DNA of 64,000 nucleotides from Toensbergia leucococca (taxonomy: Eukaryota). Made by a program: the position numbers and the translations under genes. Shown here in pieces: positions 11,891-25,600 of the stretch. A model generated the notes under the pieces. It did no database searches, was not told the origin of the DNA, and worked only from the letters and a program-made list of their open reading frames with translations. Every line of letters begins with the position of its first letter. Position 1 is the first letter of the stretch. The stretch lies in the NCBI GenBank assembly GCA_022813965.1, contig JALDZS010000043.1, forward strand, positions 1-64,000, read 5' to 3'.

Positions 11891-12357
11891 ATGCAGTTCA
11901 AATCTCAGCTCGCCATGCTCGTCTGTGCGTTGACCGCACATGCAGCAGCCTTACCCACCAATACCACGGTGGAAAAGCGCAATCCGCACAGTGAAATCGG
12001 TGGATTTTCAAGTGGTCAATGGTTCGTATCCCCACCACCCCCTTTTCCAACAAGAACACATTGCTAACCTCTCTTTCTGAAAATAGCACAGGACAACCTG
12101 ACTTCCCAGCTACACGCGGCAACCAAGACTGCCAGCGGTTCATGACAGTCTCTGACAACATCGGCATCAACTGGGGCGACTGGCCTCTCGATATGGCGGG
12201 GCTCTATGTTTACAAGGATGCCGAGTGCAAGGAATACGCGTCACAGATGATTGCGGCGCCGGAGTGGGATGATGCTGTCGGAATGAATACTTGTATCAGT
12301 CAGAGACAAAATGGGGGACCGTGGCAATCAATTAGGTTCTCCGGGGATGGGCAGTAA
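11891..12357 (+). CDS. Small secreted Cys-containing protein (133 aa, 2 exons: 11891-12021, 12087-12357)
   Basis: Signal-like MQFKSQLAMLVCALTAHAAALP, pro-peptide ending VEKR (Kex2-type), intron gttcgt..gctaac..tag joins frames; 4 Cys in mature part. Confidence 0.85.
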
Positions 12358-12683
12358 GAGATCGGTACGTGCGCCGTGAGGTTTAATCGGAGCTGGGCTT
12401 TGATTAAGTCTATATCTTTTGTTCATCATACTAGGTATGTATAGAAGATAGACAGCATCATTCATCCTATCTTCACCGGGCCAGATGTCCCAGAATATGC
12501 CAGGTTCAGTGAATTGATAGTCATGCGTACCATTCACTGACTCCACCTGAGATTTCCCACCATCCATTGTGAGCAGAAAGGGCCTTCTTCCAAGGTCCTC
12601 CGTGTCTCCAATCTTGGATCTTGTCACTTTCGTTTTCCTCTCTGCAACCTCCCATTTTGTGACAGTTGATTAACTCGACCAGC

Positions 12684-13168
12684 ATGAGTAACCCTCAATT
12701 CGTGCGAATGACCGTGTCTGGCGTTGGCATATACGTGCGAATCCATAGTCAAGCCAAAGGTTTCTATAGACTACCCATCCGTCAAGAGTTCCTCGAGGGT
12801 CTTGGTACAAGAGTAGAGGATGAATTTGAAGGATATGCGAGTAAGCATCCTCTAGTCAGAGAGAAGACAGCAAGGATCATCATCGAGTGAGTTTGGCCTT
12901 CAATCCTCGAATATTGGATAGACACGGTTGACTGACCGTATTAGAAGTAATTGGCATAAAAGTCCTGAAGATCCAGTCAAGCACAGTACTGTATCATGCG
13001 AGGACGTCAATGAAAGCTTTGTCGAAAATGAACCAATGCACGTAGCCGAAGACCCTTCTGAACAAAGCAAAGTAGGCATTACATTGGAGCTCTGTGGCCT
13101 AGGATTAATGCTAATTCTCACGCTAGAGTGATGCAAACAAGAAGACTCAGGCGGGAGCAAAGTGGTAA
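12684..13168 (+). CDS. Hypothetical protein (123 aa, 3 exons: 12684-12886, 12945-13071, 13127-13168)
   Basis: Introns gtgagt..ctgac..tag and gtaggc..gctaat..tag keep frame; product contains SNWHKSPEDPVKHSTV..D..MHV His-spaced motif. Confidence 0.65.
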
Positions 13169-13344
13169 TGGAAACAGACCCCAGCGTAGGATGTGAGCAA
13201 TTCGGGCATGCTTTTAGCTTCTATGGCCCTCAGTCAAGCGTTCCATGAAGTAACGGAGGAGCAATTAGCTGCTAGCTAATAGAAAGATTCTCGCTGTGAA
13301 CATGATTCAAATCTCCGTGTGGAATGAGTGATTACATTAGACAA

Positions 13345-14540
13345 TCAAGAATCATTCAGCCAGCCTTCTTGAAGTATCTCACTTGCACTAGGTCTTTCTT
13401 TCGGCACAGGATTCAAAATGTGCTCCAGCATATCAATTTCACGCTTTTCAATTCCTAACCGTGTCAGAATGGTCCGGAAATACACGCCTTCCCGTTCCTC
13501 ATCAAAAGTCGGCAATTTTTCTTTGCACTCTTGATAGAGGGGGATGGAAAATAGCTGGAAATCGTGCGAGAGCTCGTGTCGAATTCGTTGCTCATAGTCG
13601 CGGTTTTTAGTAGCGGTGCCCTCACTTGGAAGCCGATCGTAAAGTCCGTCCTGGTCAGGGTTCACAACTGCTTGAATCATGTGGAGGTACTGCATGACGA
13701 TAATGCTCGGAATTAATGTGAGTAGGCACGAGATGAGGATGGTAAAAACCAGCTTACCACCATTCCCCATCCCCATATATCAGTCTCCTTCGACCATTGC
13801 ATGCCAAACAATACCTCAGGACTGCGATAAGGCATTGGCTGTACGATACCTATGGATGGGGGCCGAGCTTTGAAAGTCATAATCAGATACGGAGCTCGTA
13901 GTAAGGTTGAAAAGGTATGCTTGCCAGCCCAAGCTGTGCCGAGATCGGCTAACTTTGCCACATCACTACCGAGCAAGATATTTTGCGCCTTGATATCTGC
14001 CGTTGTGGAATATTAGCTCCTGTCTGCGATCATTTGCGGATAATTTCAACCTAGATGGATCCAGCCATTTGCATGCATCTCTTCAACTCCCTCCAGCACA
14101 TTCTTCATGATCTTTCTAATCGCAGGGATACTCAGGCTATGCTGTTCTCGAGCCTCCCAGAGAGTCTTTGGAAGGTGTTCGAGTACTATTCTTTCGACTC
14201 CGGCAGGAGATTCGATCACGTCCAGTAGGCGCCGAATATAGCGAGAATCCTGAAACCTTTGCTGCTGTTCAAGTTCCTTATGGAAAGCCGACCACGCCCT
14301 GGGGGTATCTATCCTTGGAGCTTTCAGAACTACCTTGTCCCCAACAGAAGTGTAGGCACACCAGATATGCGGAGACCGGCCCTCAGCGACAGTGCGTGGA
14401 TACAAGGGCTCAGCGACGGTATATTCCATGGACCTCCCAACAACCTTCTGGCCTCGCTCTAATGGTTTTGTCGACATGATTCTTCTGGGCCAAAGACTGA
14501 CCCGCGAGATTGAGAGACCGAGTCGACGTGGAACGAGCAT
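13345..14540 (-). CDS. Divergent Ser/Thr protein kinase (CMGC/SRPK-like, non-RD), 3-4 exons
   Basis: VVLK, HLDIKAQN (split by intron), KLADLG, YRSPEV, DIWGWG and ERPSASEIL subdomain motifs. Confidence 0.85.
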
Positions 14541-15667
14541 GGAATGAGCTCGTGGAGAAAACGAAGTTACGAAGAAACGAAAGGATCGAGTGCAACTTTC
14601 TTATTTAAAGCCATGTAGTGATCGAGCATGAATGTTATTCTGTATTCACTCTTCGAGGCACTGCCGAGGCTATTTTTTCACTCTTTAATTTAAGTTGTAA
14701 TTGCACCGCCAACATCGCAAAATCAATAGTTGCGACTCAAAATCTGGTGATTATCTTCCGAGCTCTGTGTATGGTAAATCATTATTATCGTGAAATTCTC
14801 GACGAAGCTGTAGCTTTTGTGGGTTTTGATTTAGTTGGGTGGTTGGATTCCGATTTTCAGTCGCTGGTGCGAGGCGGCTTCTATATGAACTATGCTCAAT
14901 GAGGCATAGTACCTCACCGGCGCCAGAATATCAGAATACCAGAATACCAAAATACCCCATTACCTCCTGACTTTTGTTACCTTTTCAACCCCCTAAACCC
15001 TAGGCCTCGAACGTTCGATTTTTCAATCTATATACCAAAAAGATTCAATGCTTAGCTTGTATTGTGTAGTAGCTTGTACGGCTCCAAATGCCCCAGGAGT
15101 CGTGTGCGTATCACCAAGGGGACAGTGAAGTAGTCGAGATATGGAAAGGGTAAGGGTAAGGGTTCACTGCCTGGCTGACGTGCATGAAGTCCAAGTATGC
15201 AAAGCATATGACTCTCATGTATATATCCATGCCATCGAATTTGTGTGAACTAGCTAAGAGGTGGGTACACTCGTGCAGAAGTTTAGCAGGTCGGTGGTGG
15301 AAAGAAAGAAAGAAAGGGGTTCAAGCAACTAAGCAAGCTCGGACTATAAATGATAAGGCTGACGCACGGACTAACAGTTTCCGCGATGGATTCTCTAGCC
15401 TGCCTCCTGCCTTCTGTTTATCCTATCACTTGCTATGGCCTGCGAAGCTTGATCCTCCCCTCACTTTGACCCATCTGGCTTGCCCTCGTTGGCTGCCCCG
15501 TACTTCTGTGCCTACCCTGCATCAAAAGTCCCTCGCCTGGACGCCCAATAATGTCGCCCGGGTCCTGAAGAATTTGCATACAGCCACACACTTCGAACCA
15601 GACGGCTCGTTCAGTATCGCCGCACTACTGTCTCTCTGGCGTGAGAGGCCCAGTCGGGCATCTAGGC

Positions 15668-17938
15668 ATGGCTAATGGCCCTGGGAGAGTCGCATCCATG
15701 CCCCACCACCATATCTTGCACATGCCACCCACGCTTCGAAAGCCTCAGGCTGTTGACCTCACTGCCGACCCTGTGCATAACATCATTGCTACTCCTAACG
15801 TTGATGAGCTTCGAAGGATGCGCGCAGACTACTTTAATCAATCCCTCGAAGATCGACAGCGGAAAGCTAGAAAGAGCATGGCGCAGCAAAGTTCGCAAGG
15901 GAGAGAACCACGCATAAAGATATCGCCAGGGACGGGCTCGAAGATCACCGTCCGCGAGGTGCGCACAAAGCATCGTCCAGAACGTCCACCAGAACATCGA
16001 CACCGCCGCCGGAAACCTATCGAGGCAGAAGATGATGGCAGTACAGTGTACGTCTACAGGAAAATCGACGACAAAAGCAGTAACGCCGACCGAGCTCGGT
16101 CGCATCGTCCACGGGATTCAAGGAATAATTCGCTACCGTCGAGCGCAGATGAGGCCGAGACAGATCTGGACCTGGGACGCTTGGAGCGCAAGGAGTTATC
16201 GAGAAGGGACTCTAGACGAAAACGATCGCATCATAGAGAAGATGAAACGATCGTTGTGCGAACAGAGCAACGCCCTCGTCCTGATGAGGTGAAGAGTCAT
16301 GCTTGGCCCCCAATCAAAAGGTAACACTTCCGATCTTGATCAAACCAACTCGGAAATACTGAGATGCGGTATCTTAGGAGCGCCTCTATGCGCCAAGCCC
16401 CGTCAGCACCGGCAGTACGCCCTTCACTAAAGCGTAGCCAGACAACAAACCGTAGTGTCCGCCCGTTACCTCAACCTTCTGTGCGAGCTACACCTTCAGT
16501 ACGTGAAAGAATGGAGAGAACGCCATCAAGCAGGAAGAAGAATGAGAACCCCTCGAGTTTTTTCAGCTCTATCTTTGGACAGCCTAAAGCGCTTGAACGG
16601 GAGAAGCAGTGGGTTTCCGTGGCGCGGAGTCTACTACGGGCCTGGGAATGCTGACGTCTCAGTAGGGTTGAATGCCTTACATGCCTCTCAGATATGGCAA
16701 TATCAAAAACTGCAAAACTATCCTGCGGGCACCGTATGTGCCACTCCTGCCTCCGTCGGATTTTCACACTATCCGTCTCTGATCCTCAACACATGCCTCC
16801 CAAATGCTGTACTCAAGATCATATCCCCCTAAAGCACGTTGATAATCTCTTCAGCCTCCCTTTCAAAATGAGATGGAACCAGAAATTTCAAGAGTATACC
16901 ACCAAAAACCGAATATACTGCCCCGCTAGAGGTTGCGGCGAATGGATTAAACCCGCAAATATCTACCTCGACACATCTGGCGGCCCTAATGGCGGCCGCA
17001 AGTATGGTAAATGTACCCGCTGCCGAACTAAAGTTTGTTGCATTTGCAACGGCAAATGGCACACCAGTCGTTCTTGCCCCAAGGACGAAGCCGCACAGCA
17101 TTTTGCCGAAATTGCGAAGAAGGAAGGCTGGCAGCGCTGTTTCAATTGCTCCGCTACTGTCGAATTGAAAGAAGGCTGCAACCACATGACGTGTCGTTGC
17201 CGAGCCGAATTCTGCATGGTCTGCGGTCTCAAATGGAAAACGTGCGATTGTCCCTGGTTCAATTACGAAGCCGTGGAGAATGACCGCATTGTTCACATGG
17301 ACATGCTTCCACATCCACGAAGACCCCATGAACCCCCTCCAGTTCCAGGACAGCGCCGCCCGTATCAGGAAGAAATAGACGACGACGACGATCCGGCTGA
17401 GCGCGACGGGACATTCGCCCACCGCATGCAAGCTCTCGGCCTCGACACCTCCTCTGCAGACGAAGGTGACAGCTTCATCGACTTTCCTGGCGCTGGTATT
17501 AACCCTGCCCCTCAGCATTTCCTCAACCGAGACTTCATCCGCCGTGCCGCAGATCTCCTAGCAGCCACCTACACGCCCGCCCAAGCCGAAGCCGCCGCCC
17601 GTATGCTAGCTGAAGCTCAGCCTACTCGCCCGCCGGTTCCTGCCCAGCGTCCGGCACCTGCACCCCCGAATTTGCTCCTCCGTCAGCACTCGGCTGCTTC
17701 GAGGCTGTATAACACGAGTCCGCAGACTAGGCCTTCGGAACGAGTGGTGCCGAGGCGGGTGCTTACGGACTATGCCAGTGAAGCGGCAAGGCATCGGCCT
17801 GGTGGTGGTGGTGGAAGAGGGGATGGGGTCGGGAGGAGGGTGGAGGGGGGGAGGAGGCATTCTGCTATGGCGGGACTGACAAGTAGTACGCCTGAGGGTC
17901 GGGTGGATGAGTGGAGGAGGTATGTGGGGAATGAGTGA
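15668..17938 (+). CDS. RBR/IBR finger (Ariadne-like) E3 ubiquitin ligase-type protein (3 exons: 15668-16320, 16378-16608, 16666-17938)
   Basis: ECLTC..LSCGHRMCHSCL..PPKCC, RIYCPARGC..CTRC..CCIC..H..C, WQRCFNC..EGCNHMTCRC..FCMVCG; start codon uncertain. Confidence 0.9.
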
Positions 17939-18828
17939 GTGAGTGAGTGGCTTGGGCGATTTAAGGGGGAGGGGTAAATGAGATAGGGCGTTGTGTGGGT
18001 GTGTGTGTGGAATATGTTTTTCTTTGGCGGGGTGCTGGACATTCTGCCTGAAACTTTTGGAGGGGTCGGGGGTATGTCATGCTCATGACCTTATGATGTC
18101 TTTTTCTTGGATTGGTTGGAATTTTGTGTGGCTCTTTTATCCCCCCTTTTATTTTTATTTTTATTTTTATCTTTTTTTCGGGATATGTTTTGTGAGCTCT
18201 TTCTTTACTGGGTTGTTTTTTTCATGCCTACTATTCTGTCAATATCCTGTTATAGGTAGGTATCCACACCTTTTTATAAATACCACTCATCCCCCTTCAT
18301 CCCCTTCATCTCCCTTCATCCCTCTCCCAGAAAAAAAAAAAAAAGGAGAAAACTAAAAACACACGACCCCTTCCCCAACCAGCCAAAAAAAAAAAAAGGG
18401 GCACAACTCTCCCCCCCCACCCCCCCGGGCTCTAGATGCAGAAAACCAGAATCCATGAAGGCACATCTCTGCATTCAAGAAAAGAGGCCGGTGAGGATGT
18501 GTCCTTGTGTCCTGGTTGACCGGGGATGGGAGGAACGAAGGCTTTTTCATTCAGGGGGATTTTTGGGGGGGGGGCCGGCAATGTGCTATCTGTAACCTGT
18601 GTACAAATAAATACTCCCACCTATCAGATCTACAAATCCCATCTCTCACCCCTCACTACCATCCTCTCGCACCACTAAACCCTCCGCCGGCAAGACTAGT
18701 AGCAACAAAAACCCCCGCATCCCTCAAATCCTCGCATCAAGATCTTCCCCATCGACAAAAAAAAAAAAAAAAAAAAAAAAAAACCCCTACCCTACCCTTC
18801 TCTCTTCCCACAACACAAAAAAAAAAAC

Positions 18829-21800
18829 TCACCGCGTACTCCTCAAAAACCCCACCACACCACTACAATACCCCACCAGCGCCCCAAGCCTCCTCCCCTC
18901 CCTCTCCTGCTCCGCCCTCCACTCCCTCAACGCCTCCACCAAGCCCCCCCCACCTTCCTCGCCAAGCCCCGCCTGCTCCGCCACAACGTCCCCATGCACC
19001 CGCAGGAACACGGCCATCCACGCCTGCACGAGCTCGTAGTCGCGTTTTGAGCGAAGCTGGGCTGTGAGTGCGGAGACAAAGGAGACGAGTTCGTCTGGGG
19101 AAAGGGAGCGGATTTCGAGGTCTGCGGCGGAAGGGGAGAGGGATTTTAGGTGGGTCGTGAAGGGCGTGTAGTTTTGGGAGTGGGAGGCGGTGTGGAGGGT
19201 TGTTTTGAAGAGGGAAGAGGGGGCTTGGAGGTTTGGTTTTGAGATGCGAGAAGGGTTGGATGGGGTTGGATCGAGGGGATTGGGTGGTGCGGATTTGGGA
19301 CCTTCGAGGGAGGGGAGGAAGAAGGGGGCTTTTTCGGGGGCTTTGGGGGGTTCTTTGGGCTTGTTGCGCTGGCGAATGGTGTCGAGGTGGAGGAGGGTTT
19401 GCCAGCGGCTTTTAGGCACTAGGCTTAGTGTCATCATGTCTTCACTGAGCTGGTCGCCCGATGGGACCATGATTTCTGGATCCGAGTCCACAGGGTCATC
19501 GTCTTCGAACGCGGCGTCGATGATGCCCTGGTTGCTTTCGCCGGATGTGGTGGGCGCGGCGACTTGAGCGATTTCGTCTTCGCGGATGAGGCGCGTGGGG
19601 ACACGGGTGAAAAGAGTTTTGTTGTTCCAGATAGAAATGCCGACGCCGTCGGCATGGGCGGTTGCGAGGAATTCGCCCGTAGGTGAAAAGGCGAGGGCGG
19701 TGCAGGTGCTTGGGAGGCGCATGGCATCGATGAGATGGCCGGTTGGTAAGTCCCAGACGCGAATGATGGAGTCCATGGATGCAGCTATGATCCAACGGCC
19801 GTCATTTGAGAAGCAAAAGTCGGTGATCTGGCCTAAACAGCCCCAGAGCTCTCTTACGAGCTTCCTTGTCTCCGTGTCGACGACACGGATGGAGAAGTCG
19901 TCGCAGCTGAGGGCTATGAGATCGCTTTGTCTGTAGCATTGAGAAGACGTAATAGCTATCATCGGGGACCAGTCAATCTCATTCCGAAGCTGGCCGGTTA
20001 GGAAATCCCAGAATTTAATCTTTCCGTCTAGGCCGCAACTTATCAGGGTTTTGTTTAGGCTGTCTACCATGAGCCCAGTCACAGATTTTGTGTGCTTCCC
20101 TTCGCCTAATCCGAACCTTTTCTCTGAGGAAAGACTAGTAGGAGAACTAGTATGCATAAGTTCCTGTGACTTCAGTTTCCTGGCTTGAGCTGGAGTCAAC
20201 GGTGAAGGAAACCGCTGTCGATGGATCCCGGATTGAAGGTTGAACATATCGATGCCTCCTCCAGCAGATCCAACAAGCGCAAAGGTACCACAGGGAGTGA
20301 CAGCAACACTCTAATAGATCAATCAGCATGGGCTTCGAAACAAGAGACGAGCATCATACTTTGACTTCAGTACCATCACTAGTTTCAAAAGCCCATCTTC
20401 CCGCCTTTTTCCTGCCCCAGAACCATGTTCGAGCATATTTATCACCCTTGTGACCAGTCACAATACTCTCCCAACCTGTTGCGCTACTTTCAGACGCATC
20501 AGCCGTTCCCTTCTTGTTAGATACGTTCGTCCATACTGCGCCACCACCGGTAGAAGCTCCCATTCCTCCATCGCGATTGAGCGAGCAAGCAGAACAAGTA
20601 ATCTCAGGGGCTTTCAGATCATCTAGACTGGTGCTAATGTCCGTCTTAAGATCTTTACCTAATAAGCCGATTTTCCGCGCTTTTTTGCGGACATTACCTT
20701 GGCTGAGTTCGGTGCTCTGTCCGTCTCGCCGTAAGCTCCAACCCCAGAGGCTTTGATCTCTTCCGGCACTCAAGAGCCACTTACCACCAGCGTCTGCACC
20801 TTCAGAATTGGAAGGCAGAAAGTCGAGTCGGGTTACTTGGGCAGCGTGACCACTGCGAGCGTGCAAGATACGTGGAACAGGTGAGAAAGGTGTCTCATCA
20901 AATATCCATGTCTTTAGAGCATTGTCCAATCCACTTGTGACTAAGACAGCCTGGCCAGATAGAAACTCGACTTTGCTAATCCCACCGGATACAACTCCAT
21001 AGAGCAATGAAGGAGGATTATGAGCCCCCCGTAGAACACCCATGATTCGACCACCGTAATTCAAGTCCCATAAAGTGACGTCTCCATCGTCCACCCCAGC
21101 CGTTGCCATGACTCCTGCTTTACGACCATCATCTCCAGCACCCAATTCGTCAGTGCGAAACGATATTGATGTTATACTGGCGGTACGAGATGCTTTGGAA
21201 TTGAGCACCATTATCTCCTTATCAGCACGGACATCGTGTATGATGATTGACCTATTGGATCGAGCAATTGCTAGTAGTGATAGGGCCGGAGCCGGTTGCA
21301 ACGCTGTGACTGGTCCAGAATCTGAAGTAGGTGGTAATATGGTATATATGAGTTTCCTGTTTGACATTAGTCCACTCAATGTCGGAAAAAGCTGAGTCCC
21401 AAAGGCAAGCGTACCCCGTACTTAAATTCCACAGTTCGACACCCCCATCCTGCTTTCCAGCGAAGACTTTATTCAAGTATGTCGGCATATTGCAAATCGT
21501 CCCCGAAAGAAGGTTTCCCTGGACAACATTCCAAGAATTGGTAGGTGTGAGGGTCGTGTAATGTGCATATGTAGCTGATTTCCAGACCTCAATGCGATTT
21601 GAGCAGCATCCCACAATCCATGACCCAAAAATAATAATCTGCCTGATAGGCTCAATTAATCCGGTTGGAATCTGCAGCTCGTCTATCTTCTTTCCTCTCT
21701 TGAAAACCCAAAGCCCGATCTCTCTACTCGCTGTTTCTCCACCCCATGCTGCAAATACACGATCCTTCCAAGCGCACGTGGCAGTAATTTCGGTGGGTGT

Positions 21801-22121
21801 TTGGGGCCTTGTGAGGAAGACTAGGTTCAATCCCTTGCGAAGATCGTAGGTTTGGAGACATGTTCCAATAGAGGTAGTGATCTGGAAAGTAGTCTTGCCG
21901 AGCGGAATTGAGGTGAAAGGTACATAGGTAGGAGAAACGAGGCCTAGTGTCTAATCTTCATGAGTCAGGTTCTTCATCTGGGAGGACAGAAGTACAATGG
22001 GAATATTTACCCTGTAAGGCGTGAATATCTTGGAGGTTTGCGTATGGCTTCCATGCGTCAGCTTCTGACGCTTAGCTATGTGTTCATGACTAGCATCTTG
22101 TGGAGCTAGCAATGGCATCAT
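18829..22121 (-). CDS. UTP21: U3 snoRNP WD40 protein Utp21/WDR36 (4 exons)
   Basis: SKIFTPYR/TLGLVS..VPF, PTYLNKV, WD repeats, C-terminal LSLVPKSRWQTLLHLDTIRQRNKPKEPPKAPEKAPFFLPSL and DYELVQAWMAVFLRVHGD. Confidence 0.96.
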
Positions 22122-22613
22122 GAGCGGTATACAGATCTCATTTCCGTGCTGAAAGGACTTTTGCAATAATGTGCTCGGTAACGACTTTGACGTTGTTTGT
22201 GTTTCCAACGAGCGCGAAGATTTAATGGTCGATCTTCGTAAAGAACAAAGACATGCTACCAGCTCGATGCTCAGATACCACGCGGCTACTGGAATAATAC
22301 GTGTAATTCCTTTTTGAAGACGATACACGGGGCTAGCGTGGTATGATCAATCTATGTGGGATGACGACATCACCAACATGGCTCGCCAACGGCTTTTGAA
22401 GTTCCGCCCTCCCCCGCATGTCAAGCAAGATAGACTTTTCCCATGCATTCGTTTATCAATCTATTACCGTGTATTACCGCACATGTCCCTCCATCCCAGC
22501 CAATGCTTGACAAGTCAACACCACCGTGGAGCAGGGAAGCAGCGAGCAGCTACCGCGGAGACTGAGCGCCCCGCAATGGCCTGATGACTGATGACACATG
22601 AATATTAATCGGA
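22122..22613. promoter_or_regulatory. Short divergent (head-to-head) promoter region between UTP21 and VIP1
   Basis: About 490 bp between oppositely oriented start codons. Confidence 0.5.
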
Positions 22614-25600
22614 ATGGCGTCTCTTTCAAGGTCAAACAGCTGGGAGAACGCTGCTCCTGACCTCACTTCATCCTCTCATCCATCTCTACCTACAACAGAC
22701 ACTAGCAGCAAGCTAGATAGAGCAGCTTTGTTTCTGGGCACCAGGTCACGTACATCATCCCACACCTTGCTTTCTAGTCCTACGAGCCCGCCAGGGACCA
22801 GTAGGAAGGGACGCTTTGCAGATGTTGGAACAATTGACGGGAACATTGCACGAGCAAGCCTTTCAATGCCAGCTCCCCTGAACAAACCCTCATCCTACTA
22901 CAAACCGTCCATTTCCCGTCACCCATCAGCTTTTTTCACAAGTCAGGATAGCCACTCCGTAGATGAGGCTATGGATGGCTTGGTAGGAAGAAGTACGTCC
23001 AATGGGTCTGCTGTAATCGACGATTTGGAGAAGACACCGAATATGAGTGGCACACGTGATCGATTGACGTCCGAATCATATACCTCCCTATTGCTTCCAG
23101 ACTCAACATTGCGGCAGGCCAAATCCCAAGGCACCCCTTCAGACACGGAGAGTAATCGACTCTCGTTCTCCTCACTGTACTCGTTAGGTTCAGCCATATA
23201 CAATGGGGCAACTGGGGGTACAAGTGCAGCACCAAGTGCGCCAAGCTCAAACGCGGGCTCGGTCAGGAGCAATATTATTGATCATCCCGCGATAAATCCT
23301 CCACCACTATCTCCAGCTTTAGGATCTGCAAGGAGCGAGGCGTCTTCTTTGGCAACCACGGCTACCGATCCAATATCTGTCACGGCGAGCTCACATTCGC
23401 ACAATTCAGGTTGGAAGCTCTTCATCGGCTCGTGTTAGTATCGAAGAGTCAATTAATTGTTGTTTATCCAGCATTACTTAGTCCGACTAAGGAGCCAATT
23501 CCAAGCACAACAAATGCTGCTGCTAAACATCTCGAGTCCTGGAGCTCTGGGCCATTACCAAGAAACCATCATACTTCTCGACGTTCGCGGAGTAGGACGC
23601 AGCGACGACCAAGTGGAAGCAATGGAGCTAGCAGCACAAGTCCCAACAACGGTGAACGAGTAACCATCGCTCAAGGCATGTTTGGAGCTATTAGAAATCT
23701 ACAGAGTGATGCATAGTTCTTCTACTAATCCCAACGTAGCCGAACGTACCCTAATCGGGAAAATCGGCGTCTGTGCACTTGACGTAAAAGCCCGCAGCAA
23801 GGCAAGCCGGAACATCCTTACACGATTGCAATCTAAAGGAGAGTTTGATGTTGTTGTCTTTGGCGACAAAGCTATCTTGGACGAGGGTCAGTCGTTTTAC
23901 TGTTTTTCTCAACAGGGCTGACTTATTTGAGATGCAGAGGTTGAGAATTGGCCAGTTTGGTAGGCCGCTTTCGTGTATCGAGTTCTTTTGATGTTTAATC
24001 TATTTACTTCTTTGTCAAATTATGTGCTGGTCTGTCTTCACACTGTGTGATTTCTGTTGAACTTGCTTTAATTTGTTGCGACTTTTTTCTCTCACAGGCA
24101 TCAAAGCTTTCTACCAAGACTAATGAATTGGCTAGTGACTACCTGATCTCGTTTTTCTCCGATGGCTTCCCGCTTGATAAAGCAATCGCCTATGTCAATC
24201 TTCGCAAACCATTCTGTATTAATGACCTACCTATGCAAAAAGTACTGTGGGATAGGAGAATATGTCTGCGGATACTTGATAGCATGGGCGTGCCGACTCC
24301 GAAGCGTCTTGAGGTCAATCGAGATGGTGGGCCAACATTGGAATCAGCTGGCCTAGCAGCACATGTCCACCGTTTCAGCGGAGTAAAACTCAACGGGCCT
24401 GAGAGTGGTACAGGTGGTGGGATGATAGTCGCTAAGAAAGTAGAATTGATTGATGACGGCGACACTTTATTAGTAGACGGTGATACCCTGAAGAAACCCT
24501 TCGTTGAGAAGCCAGTCAGCGGTGATGATCACAACATCCGTATCTACTTTCCTAAAAATCATGAAGGAGGAGGTGGAAGAAAGCTGTTTCGAAAAATAGG
24601 GAATAAGAGTTCAGAATGGGACCCAGACATGATAGTGCCGCGGGCCGTGTCTGAAGAAGGAAGCAGCTATATCTATGAGCACTTCTTGCATGTCGACAAT
24701 GCTGAAGACGTTAAAGCGTACACTGTGGGACCTGATTTTTGTCATGCCGAGACTCGCAAGTCGCCCGTCGTTGATGGTCTAGTGCGACGAAACCTGCACG
24801 GAAAGGAGGTCCGCTATATCACCAGCTTAACGAAGGACGAAGCAACGATGGCGGCAAAGATTGCGAATAGCTTTGGTCAACGCATCTGCGGGTTTGATCT
24901 GCTTCGAGTTGGTAACAAGAGCTATGTCATTGATGTTAATGGGTGGAGCTTTGTAAAGGACAACAAGGAGTACTATGACAATTGTGCTAGAATTTTGAAG
25001 GACATGTTTGTCAGGGAGAAAGAAAAGCGTGACGGCCGTGTATCAACTCCTGAACTGAGCGTGGAAGGTCCTCCAGAGAAGACGTCGTCCCACCGCCGAC
25101 ATACAGGCTCCGCTTTGAAGTCCATTTTCAAATCTCCTAGTTTGACAATACTCGGAGGCCATCATGGCAATCACAATCGCACTGCATCACCAGACCTATC
25201 AGTACTTTCGTCGCCCCCTCTTACATCGCAACCGAGCTTCGATGATCGCTCGATACGTAGTCTCCCTGCGTTGCCAGCGACCAGTCCTGATTTACTTCCA
25301 CCACCCGTAACCCCTATGGACCAAGCTAATACCACCGTCAGTCAGCCTTCATTACCAGCAGATATAAACTCTCAAACCTCGATCCCACTACCTGCTTCGA
25401 AACATTCGTGGAAACTCAAGGGTATGGTCGCGGTAATAAGACACGCCGATCGTACGCCCAAGCAAAAGTTCAAATTCACATTTCATACCCAGCCGTTTGT
25501 GGATCTACTAAAAGGTCATCAAGAAGAGGTGCTGCTAAAGGGCGAAGCTGCATTAAGCAGCGTACTGGATGCTGTCAAGCTAGCAATGCAACAAGGTATC

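Noticed and set aside
14990..15165. Telomere-like words (ccctaaaccctag; gggtaagggtaaggg)
   Set aside because: Only two to three imperfect units, internal to a promoter region
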